A stretch of DNA of 64,000 nucleotides from an uncultured delta proteobacterium (GTDB taxonomy: Bacteria; Desulfobacterota; RBG-13-43-22), in NCBI GenBank assembly GCA_963711835.1, contig CAVQFQ010000005.1, forward strand, positions 32,001 through 96,000, given 5' to 3'. The notes beneath the pieces were generated by a model. That model searched no databases. It was not told where the DNA came from and saw only the letters and a program-made list of their open reading frames with translations. This document shows, piece after piece, positions 55,978 to 64,000 of this stretch (position 1 is the first letter of the stretch; each line of letters begins with the position of its first letter). The position numbers were made by a program, and so were the translations under genes.

Positions 55978-57219
55978 ATGTCCGCAGCGACTTTGACCGT
56001 CTATGGGACCCATTGGTGCCCTGACTGCCGGCGCAGCAAGCAATTCCTTGGGGAACAGCAGATCCCCTACCGCTGGATTGATATCGAAGAGAATCCGGAG
56101 GCCGAGCAGTTGATCATGGAAATGAATCAGGGCAAGCGTCTTATCCCGACCGTCGTTTTCGAAGACGGCTCCTTCCTTCCTGAGCCGACCAATACGGATC
56201 TGGCGGTCAAGTTAGGGCTCAAGACCGTGGCCAGCCGACGCCATTATCAAGTGATCATTATCGGCGGCGGACCGGCCGGATTGACGGCGGCGATCTACAC
56301 GGCCCGGGAAGGGATCGACACCCTGCTGATGGAATCGGCTTCTTTCGGCGGGCAGATTGCCGCCACGGAGCGATTGGATAATTTCCCGGGTTTCCCGGAG
56401 GGCATCACCGGCCTTGATTTCGCCGGCCGTCTGCGCCTTCAGGCCCTCCGCTTCGGCGTCGAGATGCTGGAGGCCCAGAAGGCGGCGGTCCTTCAGAGCC
56501 GGGATCCTTACTTAACGATCCGGACTAGTGAAGGCACACCTTACAGCGCCGAGGCCGTGCTTCTGGCCCTGGGGGGTAAATACAAGCGGCTCGATATCCC
56601 CGGAGAAGACGAGTACCTGGGCGCCGGCGTCCATTTTTGTTCCACCTGCGACGGGCCTTTCTATAAGGGCAAAAAAGTGGCGGTAATCGGGGGCGGTAAC
56701 AGCGCCGCCCAGGAAAGTCTTTTCTTGACCCAGTTCGCCGATCAGGTCACGGTTCTGATGCGGGGGGAGGCCTTTAAGGCCAGCAAAATACTCCAGGAAA
56801 AAGTCCTGGGACACCCTAAGATCGCCGTACGCCGGCGCACGGAAGTCCGGGAGTTTGTGGGCCGGAAATCCAAATTGGAAAAACTCCGGCTGGTCAATAA
56901 TGCCAGCGGGGCGGAGGAGGAAATGGCTCTGGACGGGGCCTTCATCTTTATCGGCCTGACACCCCAGACCGCCTTTCTTCAGGAGACTTCCATACGGCTC
57001 GATCCGGGTGGATTTGTAATCACCGGTCACGAGCTTATGCACGGCAACGGCCGTCCCCCGGGCTACGAGAATCGGGATCCCCTGCTTCTGGAAACCAGCC
57101 TGCCCGGGGTTTTTGCCGCCGGGGATGTTCGCCGGGGCAGCACCAAGCAAGTCGCCAGCGCCGCCGGCGAGGGGGCCAGCGCCGCCCTGGAAATACGGGA
57201 GTATCTTAAAATGAAGTAG
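55978..57219 (+). CDS. Glutaredoxin-like (WCPDC) domain fused to thioredoxin reductase
   Basis: YGTHWCPDCRR; GGGPAG, FCSTCDG, GGGNSA, GVFAAGD. Confidence 0.88.
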   Translation: MSAATLTVYGTHWCPDCRRSKQFLGEQQIPYRWIDIEENPEAEQLIMEMNQGKRLIPTVVFEDGSFLPEPTNTDLAVKLGLKTVASRRHYQVIIIGGGPAGLTAAIYTAREGIDTLLMESASFGGQIAATERLDNFPGFPEGITGLDFAGRLRLQALRFGVEMLEAQKAAVLQSRDPYLTIRTSEGTPYSAEAVLLALGGKYKRLDIPGEDEYLGAGVHFCSTCDGPFYKGKKVAVIGGGNSAAQESLFLTQFADQVTVLMRGEAFKASKILQEKVLGHPKIAVRRRTEVREFVGRKSKLEKLRLVNNASGAEEEMALDGAFIFIGLTPQTAFLQETSIRLDPGGFVITGHELMHGNGRPPGYENRDPLLLETSLPGVFAAGDVRRGSTKQVASAAGEGASAALEIREYLKMK

Positions 57220-57298
57220 CTTTGCCCAGCTCTTTTGAAAAAGGAAGAACCGGCCGCAACCGCCCGGAATACCTTATTTCCCCTTGGGCTTGAAGCCT

Positions 57299-57899
57299 AT
57301 GAAAATCAGATGCGCATGGTGCGGATCGGATCCGCTGTATGTGAAATACCACGACGAAGAATGGGGAACGCCTCTTCATGACGATCACGGTCTTTTCGAG
57401 TTGCTGATTCTCGAGGGCGCGCAAGCAGGTCTGAGCTGGCTGACCATACTCAAGAAACGGGACAACTATCGAAAGGCTTTCCGCGGATTTGATGCGCAGG
57501 AGATCGCCGGCTATACCGGAGACGGATGTTCAGCGCCTGCTGGCAGACCCCGGCATCGTCCGGAATCGCCTGAAGATCGAATCGACCATTAGAAATGCCC
57601 GCGGGGTTCTGGCCATCAGAGAAGAGTTCGGCTCCTTCGACTCTTTCCTCTGGGGTTATGTCGGCCATCGCCCTATACAGAATGCCTGGCGATCGCAGGC
57701 CGAGCTGCCGGCCAGAACCGCCCTATCCGACACGCTAAGCCAAGATCTGAAGAAACGGGGATTTAACTTCGTCGGATCGACTATTTGCTATGCCTTCATG
57801 CAGGCCGTCGGGATGGTGAATGACCACGTCGTTGATTGCTTCCGCTATGAAGAATTAAGTGAGGAGATCGGGCATGGGGAAAGTGACTATCTATCTTGA
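57299..57899 (+). CDS. tag: DNA-3-methyladenine glycosylase I; frameshift at ~57512
   Basis: RCAWC..YHDEEWG, LEGAQAGLSW, IVRNRLKI, NDHVVDC. Confidence 0.9.
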
Positions 57900-58104
57900 T
57901 CAGGATACAGAAACCAAAATGAAAACCATGATCAAAAAAAACGGCCTATCCAAAAGCAAATGGATAGCCGATCTGATCCGTGAAAAGACCGCTAATGTCT
58001 GGCCGGACCATATACGAAAAATGGCTGGGGCTTGGAAGGATATGCCGACTGCCGAGGAAATCCGAAAAAATATGGGGGCGGATAGCGAAAGGGAACCTGT
58101 CTGA
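57874..58104 (+). CDS. CopG/RHH-type VapB-like antitoxin
   Basis: MGKVTIYLD..SKSKWIADLIRE..AGAWKDMPTAEEIR; TGATG-coupled to a PIN start. Confidence 0.75.
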   Translation: MGKVTIYLDQDTETKMKTMIKKNGLSKSKWIADLIREKTANVWPDHIRKMAGAWKDMPTAEEIRKNMGADSEREPV

Positions 58105-58130
58105 TGTATGTTTTGGATACCAACACCATC
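58104..58130 (+). pseudogene. VapC/PIN toxin remnant (first 9 codons)
   Basis: MYVLDTNTI, the typical PIN first motif, followed by unrelated sequence. Confidence 0.65.
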
Positions 58131-58201
58131 CGCAAAGCTCGGTCGAGGTGTTCGATTTTGGGCGGCGGCAGGGTCCCGATGAAATTAGTTAAAACCGCGT
58201 T

Positions 58202-58435
58202 TCATAACGGGACTTGATAGGTGAGGACTTCGGCCGCTTCCCGATTTAAGTAATCCGCGCGTCGGTTGATAATCTCCAGGTCGTTGGCGTTCTGCTCTTC
58301 CCGCTCCAGTTGTTGGATAAATGTCCGAACAGCGGTTTCAATGAAATCGGACCGGTTTCTTTGCGATTGCCTGGCCCGAACGTCAATAACCTCAAGCAGT
58401 TCCTGGGATACGGTGATAGATGTCTTAACTTTCAT
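58202..58435 (-). CDS. RHH antitoxin; the coupled toxin is reduced to MKRGFN*
   Basis: MKVKTSITVS..NRSDFIETAVR..DLEIIN; ATGA overlap with ATG AAA CGC GGT at 58205. Confidence 0.72.
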   Translation of the reverse strand: MKVKTSITVSQELLEVIDVRARQSQRNRSDFIETAVRTFIQQLEREEQNANDLEIINRRADYLNREAAEVLTYQVPL

Positions 58436-58543
58436 ACTACCTTTATACTCCAATAAGAAGATAGGATCAAGTTGTTTTTTTAACGGGTAACTCCCACCAT
58501 GACCGGCAATAAAAAGTGACTCCTGCTACCCATTCCCATTTTA

Positions 58544-58572
58544 TTGACATCCCAAAAAAGTTGTGCTATTCA
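58544..58572 (+). promoter_or_regulatory. Sigma70-type promoter
   Basis: TTGACA-17 nt-TATTCA with an extended -10 TG. Confidence 0.6.
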
Positions 58573-58638
58573 CAGGCTATCTAATTAATTTTCCATCTTT
58601 TTTCCCCTAACTCTAACCGGAGGAGAATCGGACGGACC

Positions 58639-58684
58639 AAAAGGCCCTATCTCAAATTCAAAAAGGATAGGGGTTTTTTATTTT
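58639..58684 (+). terminator. Intrinsic terminator / attenuator hairpin in the leader
   Basis: ccctatc ... gataggg followed by gttttttatttt. Confidence 0.7.
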
Positions 58685-58693
58685 AAGGCAAAA

Positions 58694-59061
58694 ATCCTTT
58701 TTGTTCGGATTGGATAGCCGGCTTCACCGGGATGAGGCAAAGGATCATGCCCGAACACGTAGCGGTGTAATCGAAGCCAAGCCTCCGTCTGAAGATGTCC
58801 GCCGGGTGGCCGGGACCGAGCAGGTGGAACGATAGAAATGGTTGTCGTACCGCGGAAAGCCCATCCTTGGCCGTGGAGTTACTCCTGACGAAGTCCGTTA
58901 TGTCACGGAAATGGCTCGCGGACTGTCGGCCCTGATTGCCTGCAGACCTCCTTGGACGCCAACTACCGGGAAATGATCAAGAGACTCAAGGGAAACCGGG
59001 GTCAAGGGAACTGGGTAACTTACTCCAATGACCTCCCGACTTCTTTTCCCAATCTGTCCAA
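58694..59061 (+). ncRNA. Candidate large structured non-coding RNA (family not recognised)
   Basis: No ORF >=60 aa on either strand; GC-richer than its flanks; many complementary segments, including end-to-end ttggatag/ctgtccaa. Confidence 0.55.
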
Positions 59062-59166
59062 ATTGCGGAGTTGAGCCTGGGAACTAGCCCAGTTGACAAT
59101 GATCTGATTTAATGACAAAATCATAAATAAAAGCTTATTATGGAACATTTTGAGGGGGCTTTAACC

Positions 59167-59375
59167 ATGCCTATTACCTTTCAAGAAGCATTGGATACGA
59201 TCGAATCCCTGCCGGAATACCAGCAGGAAGACCTTATCGATATCATTCGTCGTAAGATTAATTGAGCAAAAAAGGGACACCTTGGTCCTCCGTGTCCAGG
59301 AGGCCAGGGCCGAATACGCCCAGGGAAAGACAAAAGAAGGAACCGTGCAAGATCTAATGAATGATCTTTCCAAAC
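59167..59375 (+). CDS. Antitoxin of a RelE/YafQ-type module (frameshift at ~59256)
   Basis: MPITFQEALDTIESLPEYQQEDLIDII / LIEQKRD..QEARAEYAQGKTKEGTVQDLMNDL. Confidence 0.65.
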
Positions 59376-59426
59376 GAAGATCATATCTTGCTTCTCGAAC
59401 TGGGATCCCACGAGGAGGCTTATTAG
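59376..59426 (+). pseudogene. C-terminal remnant of a YafQ/RelE-type toxin
   Basis: EDHILLLELGSHEEAY* resembles the YafQ-type C-terminal IGSHD motif. Confidence 0.6.
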
Positions 59427-59638
59427 ATCCTGGTTGGTTGCCGGGATTAAGGGGACATCATTTCATTCCACCGCAATCCTGTTCAGTGCCGAGGCCACTC
59501 CGATTTCCTCTCAACTCCTGCAATGGGGGGTCGGACCCAATGCCGTTAATTTAAGAAGAACTGTTACAATCGGAAGGTAAATTTTCAGGTGTTTGAGCCC
59601 GAAGGGCGAGTTCCTGAAAATGCCTGTAGCTCGCCCTG

Positions 59639-60159
59639 TTAGGCGTCGCCGGATTCTACGGATTTTGGTGATCCTTCCAGAAGGAGATCCAGTGGGCTTT
59701 TCGGTGCTGTCGTAATGTCCCGCATGACATGGGTGTAGATCATGGTCGTTTCGACATTCTGGTGTCCCAGAAGGGTCTGGATTTCACGGATGTTGACGCC
59801 GTTCATGAGGAGATGCGTGGCGAAACTGTGACGCAAGGTGTGAACGGACGCCTGCTTCGCAATGCCCGCCTTCCTTGTGGCTGTACCCACAGCCTTCTGG
59901 ATGGACGTTTCATCCAGGTGATGACGCCTGACTATTCCGCTTCTGGGATCCACGGACAGCTTCGAAGAGGGGAAAACATACTGCCAGGCCCAATCCTTTA
60001 TTGCAGCTCCTCCAGAAATAGCCGGAGCGCCTCTTCCGCATCAGCATCCTTCAGGCGTTTCGAGAACGTGCCCAATAGGCGTGTTACGCTTTTTCCCGGC
60101 ACGAGCTTTCGTGAGGGCAGATATTGCTGAAAATCGGGAAGGGTTTGTGAAATTGACAT
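59639..60159 (-). pseudogene. intI: Integron integrase with a large internal deletion
   Basis: [22 protein letters not shown] (integron-specific patch), [22 protein letters not shown]; a short N-terminal piece is joined directly to it. Confidence 0.8.
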
Positions 60160-60349
60160 TTTCTCTCTCATATAAAGTTCCTGTCTACGATATCCGGATT
60201 CTGTATAATATGATATTAGGGATTATTTACGGCAGTCAAGGAGATTTTTCTTCATAACTTATTTGTTTCTTTGGTAAAAAATAGTATGGTTAAGCATAAA
60301 TCGAAGAAATAAACCGATCCAGTATAATAATTGCAAGGTCTGCTTCGCA

Positions 60350-60390
60350 GCCCAGCAGGTTCGTGCCTCCGCTTAGCTTCGCCGTTGGGC
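60350..60390 (+). other. Degenerate, truncated attC-like site
   Basis: gcccagc ... gcttagcttcgcc-gttgggc (GTTRRRY core with a near-complementary inverse core) just before a cassette-like ORF. Confidence 0.45.
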
Positions 60391-60419
60391 CTATCATTTA
60401 TTACGAGAAAGGAGGATAT

Positions 60420-61328
60420 ATGAACAATTTTGTGTGCAGGGTTTTACAGTCGTCTGTGTGGGTTTTTGTCATTATCTTTCCGGTCGTTACCGGCGCTATG
60501 GCCGGGGAACCGACCTATAAACAGGGCGAGACCATTTTCATTGAGACGGGAGTGGAAGCGCCGGACCGCAATCCGACCTGGTATGCCTCCATGGTTGCCA
60601 AGCCGTACGCGCCCGTGTTCGAGATGCTGGCCACGCAGGGAACGCAGGGCCGCTATTATCCCTACACCTATCCCGTGACATTGAAAGACCTCGTGCGCTT
60701 CCACGGTCATGACTGCGAGGGCACGACGACTGCAGCGAGTGCTGCCTGGGTGGCTTTCAAGATACTCTTCCCGGACGGCATTATCGACCGGAGCGTGTTA
60801 TGGGGAATAAGCGGAGAATCGCCATGCTGGTCGGATGCCGTAGCTTTTCTGACGGGTGCGCGCCTGCAATACGGCAATCTTGGCATCTTTAAGGACAAGC
60901 GGTACAGTCACGCCATTATCCTCTATCGGGAAGACACAAAAGTCGCCGTGCTGGCTACCTGGAAAGAGGGCATCAACAATATTCCCGGCGAGCCTGTCAT
61001 GTTGCCCGGCAAGATCACCTGGAAGCCCAAGGTCACTATGAAAGAAGTGGAGGCGCTCAAGGCGGTCGTGAAGAAATCGGGCGGCAAGCCGACGCCCTAT
61101 CAGGTTGATCTCATGCGTTACCAGCAATGGCTGCATGTCAATGATATCTTGGAACACCCTCTGGAGGAGAGTTACCAAGCCGAGGTTATAGAGAACTTCA
61201 AATGGGAAGACTGGATCGACCCTGCAAAGACGATCGCCAAGACCCATGAGCGCACCGATACGCGCCTGAAAAACTATCCCTATCGAAGCAAACCGATCGA
61301 GTCACCCGCGGAAAGCGGTAAGCGTTGA
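60420..61328 (+). CDS. Exported FmdE-family (HGHxC) protein
   Basis: RBS aaggagg; signal peptide; DLVRFHGHDCEG, SPCWSDAVAFLTG. Confidence 0.75.
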   Translation: MNNFVCRVLQSSVWVFVIIFPVVTGAMAGEPTYKQGETIFIETGVEAPDRNPTWYASMVAKPYAPVFEMLATQGTQGRYYPYTYPVTLKDLVRFHGHDCEGTTTAASAAWVAFKILFPDGIIDRSVLWGISGESPCWSDAVAFLTGARLQYGNLGIFKDKRYSHAIILYREDTKVAVLATWKEGINNIPGEPVMLPGKITWKPKVTMKEVEALKAVVKKSGGKPTPYQVDLMRYQQWLHVNDILEHPLEESYQAEVIENFKWEDWIDPAKTIAKTHERTDTRLKNYPYRSKPIESPAESGKR

Positions 61329-61393
61329 GGAGGAGAAGCAACCTTGGAGGCGAGAGGGTTAAAACTGCTGAAAATCGTGACTTTTGACGACTT

Positions 61394-61595
61394 GGTGGAG
61401 CAGGATGAGTAGGATAGCAAATTTGAGACTAAGAATCCTGATTCAAAGAAGTTGAAGGCAGCATTTGATCAGGTCTCGGACATAAGGAAATTTGAGATCG
61501 AGCTCTATTGGAAACGAGTAGGCTACTTCTGGGCCCTTATTGCAGTCGCCTTTGCGGGTTACTTCGTGAACCCGGGATGCTGTTTAAAAACTTAA
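61394..61595 (+). pseudogene. Truncated membrane protein remnant (IRKFEIELYWKR family)
   Basis: DIRKFEIELYWKRVGYFWALIAVAFAGYF, with an upstream in-frame TAG and an abrupt end. Confidence 0.55.
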
Positions 61596-61771
61596 AAACT
61601 TCTGATAGCAAAGATGAATTATTAAGTTATTAAAGAGCGTCCCCCGGCATGAACTTCTTGCCGATGAAAGTGCCCAAGCGAATTGTCGAAGCTCTTCGCG
61701 AGAAGGGTTATCTCGTTGGCTACATGTTTGAAGGGGTTGCCGGTTGGACGAGGGTCGAATAAGGACCAGAT

Positions 61772-62188
61772 ATGATCGAAACCGGCTATACAATCAAACC
61801 AATTGGGGTCATCCGCTCCGCCTTGACCAGCCGCGAGGCGGCACCCTTCCAGGGATATGAAGGCGCGCCCGATGCCTGGCTTGAAATGGATTCGACGCTT
61901 GTTGAGGGACTTGAAGGTATTACTGCGGGCGATGAAATTGTCGTGATCACCTGGTTTCACCAGGCTCATCGCGACCTATTGAAGGTGCACCCGCGCCGGG
62001 ACAAGAACAGGCCTCTGACCGGTGTCTTTGCAACGCGCTCCCCCGATAGACCAAATCCAGTCGGCTTACACCGGGTTACGGTTCTGGAAATCAACGGGAA
62101 TAGATTAAAAGTGGGACCGATAGAGGCGATTGACGGAACGCCGATAGTCGATATCAAACCGGTGCTCCCGCAATCGCCAGTCTCATAG
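61772..62188 (+). CDS. tsaA: tRNA m6t6A37 methyltransferase TrmO/TsaA-like
   Basis: IKPIGVIRS, GVFATRSPDRPNPVGL, AIDGTPIVDIKP. Confidence 0.85.
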   Translation: MIETGYTIKPIGVIRSALTSREAAPFQGYEGAPDAWLEMDSTLVEGLEGITAGDEIVVITWFHQAHRDLLKVHPRRDKNRPLTGVFATRSPDRPNPVGLHRVTVLEINGNRLKVGPIEAIDGTPIVDIKPVLPQSPVS

Positions 62189-62389
62189 TGATGCAGTCTG
62201 ACCTATCAAAGCGGACGGGGAATAAGCGGATCGTGATGGGGCTGACGAAGTTCTAAAAGAATCTTGTTGCCCAGGTCGTCGACCGGGAAGAACGCCGGCC
62301 CCTTCCCTGGCTCTATTTTCCTACCACTTCGGGAAAATTTTGTGATAAAAAGGGCGTAAGGTTATTTTTCAGTATACCAGGAGGACAAC

Positions 62390-62593
62390 ATGTTGGATCG
62401 AGAGGGTTTGTTAAATATTTTTAAGTTGGCCGCGGAAAAGGAACGGGAGGCCCAGGAATTTTACCTGAAGGCCGCCGCCGATACCTCGGATCCGGAAGCT
62501 CAAAAAATATTTGAGGAATTTGCGCAAATAGAACGCCACCATGAGCAGGTCCTTATAGAAAAATACCGAAAGTTAAGAGAGACTGTAATTTAA
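62390..62593 (+). CDS. Small ferritin/rubrerythrin-like protein
   Basis: AEKEREAQEFY...FAQIERHH; RBS aggagg. Confidence 0.75.
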   Translation: MLDREGLLNIFKLAAEKEREAQEFYLKAAADTSDPEAQKIFEEFAQIERHHEQVLIEKYRKLRETVI

Positions 62594-62621
62594 CGCTTTT
62601 GTTGAAAACGGGGGCGCTTCC

Positions 62622-63032
62622 TTATAATTCACCTCCCCAAATTTCCAAAAATTCTGCAGGGGAAACGATTTTTAATTCCTTATAGCTTTTTTTGGGGAAA
62701 TGCCGCTTATTGCCGGTTACCAGGCAGATAGCCCCGGCAGATAAGGCCGCTTCCAGGAAGGGTTCATCCTCAGGGTCCTGCAGGTGGAAAGGCAGGGGCT
62801 TGGCTGAGATGGCGATCCCCTCCCCTTCCAGTTGTGCCAAAAACCCTTCAACTTGGTTCTCTGAAAACCCAAATTTGGGACGGCTTAACACGTCCCGGTA
62901 TTCGGAGATAATCCGTAGATCGTAAGCCAATCGGATTAGTCCCGAGGCGGCAAAACGGAGAATGGTTGCCGACTTGCTGTAGGGCCTTAGAATTCCAGAA
63001 ACGATGACATTGGTGTCCAAAACTATGATCAT
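62622..63032 (-). CDS. PIN family toxin
   Basis: IVLDTNVIVSG, DPEDEPFL, LVTGNKRHF. Confidence 0.88.
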   Translation of the reverse strand: MIIVLDTNVIVSGILRPYSKSATILRFAASGLIRLAYDLRIISEYRDVLSRPKFGFSENQVEGFLAQLEGEGIAISAKPLPFHLQDPEDEPFLEAALSAGAICLVTGNKRHFPKKSYKELKIVSPAEFLEIWGGEL

Positions 63033-63313
63033 CGTTTGCGGGTCTTCCGAACGGCTTGAATCTCGCCATTAATCTCGAGGTCGCTCACCTTGTCCAACCC
63101 TGCTTCCAGAGCTTTTTTCTGCATTTCTTCCAAGGCCAGGATCGCCCGACTGCGCCTTATGGCCTGAAGGGTCTTTTCCAGCGTTTTTTCCGTAACCCCG
63201 GAAAGCAAAGCAATCGGTTTTCCATTGGAGGTGATGATAATCTCCTCTTCTTGGACCGTGCTCCAAACCTGCTTGGGCTTGGTGCTCAATTCCCTTACTG
63301 ATATAAATCGCAT
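63029..63313 (-). CDS. Phd/YefM family antitoxin
   Basis: MRFISVREL..IIITSNGKPIALL; ATGA overlap with the PIN gene. Confidence 0.85.
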   Translation of the reverse strand: MRFISVRELSTKPKQVWSTVQEEEIIITSNGKPIALLSGVTEKTLEKTLQAIRRSRAILALEEMQKKALEAGLDKVSDLEINGEIQAVRKTRKR

Positions 63314-63404
63314 GGCCGCCCTCTCAAATAATTGTTAAACTATTCATTATCATTTTATCTGATAATTGTCAATCAATATAACTTAAAAATTCCTTCAAAT
63401 TGAA

Positions 63405-64000
63405 TTACCCTTCAAGGGAGTTGCCTTGATCGCATCCGGGTAAACAGTTCGGACGATCTAAGGGACAACACTGTTCAGCCGGGTCCCGTTCGATCTGAAT
63501 GGTTGCATGATCAATCCCGAATTGTTCATGCAGGGTACGCTGGATGGCCGGCGTCAAATCCTGATCGGCCGGATCGCCGGGCACTACCAGATGAACGGTC
63601 AGGGCCGTCTCCGTTACGCTGAGCGGCCAGACATGCAGATCATGGATTTTCGTGCCGCTTCTCAACCCGGTCAAGTAATCCCGGATGCCGGACATATCAA
63701 CCCCCCTGGGAACGGCGTCGAGAGAAAGATTAATGGAATCCCGCAGCAATCCCCAGGTTCCGGCCAGAATGACGATAATAATGGCCAGGCTGATCAACGG
63801 GTCCAGCCAGACCCAGCCGGTTATCAGGATGGCCGCACCGATCCCGACCACGCCGAGCGAAACCCCGGCATCGGCGGCCAGGTGGAGGAAGGCCGCCTTG
63901 ATATTCAGGTCCTGCTTCTGACCGGAGAAAAAAAGCAAGGCGCTCAAGGAATTGATCACCACGCCTACTCCCGCAACCAGGATGATGATCCCGCCCTCGG
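63405..64000 (-). CDS. Cation diffusion facilitator (CzcD-like), partial
   Basis: DLNIKAAFLHLAAD, IHDLHVW, HATIQIE. Confidence 0.9.
   Translation of the reverse strand, partial: EGGIIILVAGVGVVINSLSALLFFSGQKQDLNIKAAFLHLAADAGVSLGVVGIGAAILITGWVWLDPLISLAIIIVILAGTWGLLRDSINLSLDAVPRGVDMSGIRDYLTGLRSGTKIHDLHVWPLSVTETALTVHLVVPGDPADQDLTPAIQRTLHEQFGIDHATIQIERDPAEQCCPLDRPNCLPGCDQGNSLEG

Noticed and set aside
58820-58862. ggtggaac / gtaccgcg resembling a T-box
   Set aside because: There is no contiguous GGUGGNACC, no terminator directly after it and no downstream amino-acid gene
58884-58930. CTGACGA suggesting a hammerhead ribozyme core
   Set aside because: The stem after it is not followed by GAAA; ctgac instead pairs with gtcgg as part of a longer helix

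Overview
This window does not look like one continuous chromosome. It reads as a mosaic of at least six segments joined inside genes at about 13.13, 14.28, 15.27, 37.8 and 38.54 kb, with many single-base frameshifts typical of long-read or metagenomic consensus. The segments are: (1) a Bradyrhizobium-like ybbP/ybbA/tesA-thpR-zapE-mdh-sucC-DUF1579-sucD-sucA-sucB region; (2) two LPS heptosyltransferase genes; (3) a very GC-rich alanine dehydrogenase fragment; (4) an Acidobacteria-like stretch with a MASE3 kinase, NamZ, RidA, an M16 protease, a VWA protein, MITEs/REPs and a deacylase-GGT-DUF6305-DctM-deacylase cluster; (5) a short cupin/oxidoreductase piece; (6) a Deltaproteobacteria-like stretch with a sigma54 regulator, homocysteine-synthesis genes, murI, gatCA, coaX-glmM-cdaR-cdaA-folP-ftsH and an accessory island with a decayed integron. 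The most notable signals are: an ORF-free, heavily base-paired ~360-nt candidate large ncRNA (58.70-59.06 kb) behind a sigma70 promoter and attenuator-like leader; an unannotated selenoprotein with UGA plus SECIS (48574-49050); three adjacent toxin-antitoxin modules that have each lost only the toxin; a non-canonical TRAP/GGT/deacylase operon; and two related inverted-repeat elements with a conserved, covarying core. Taxonomic labels and family names come from recognising the sequence, not from database searches.
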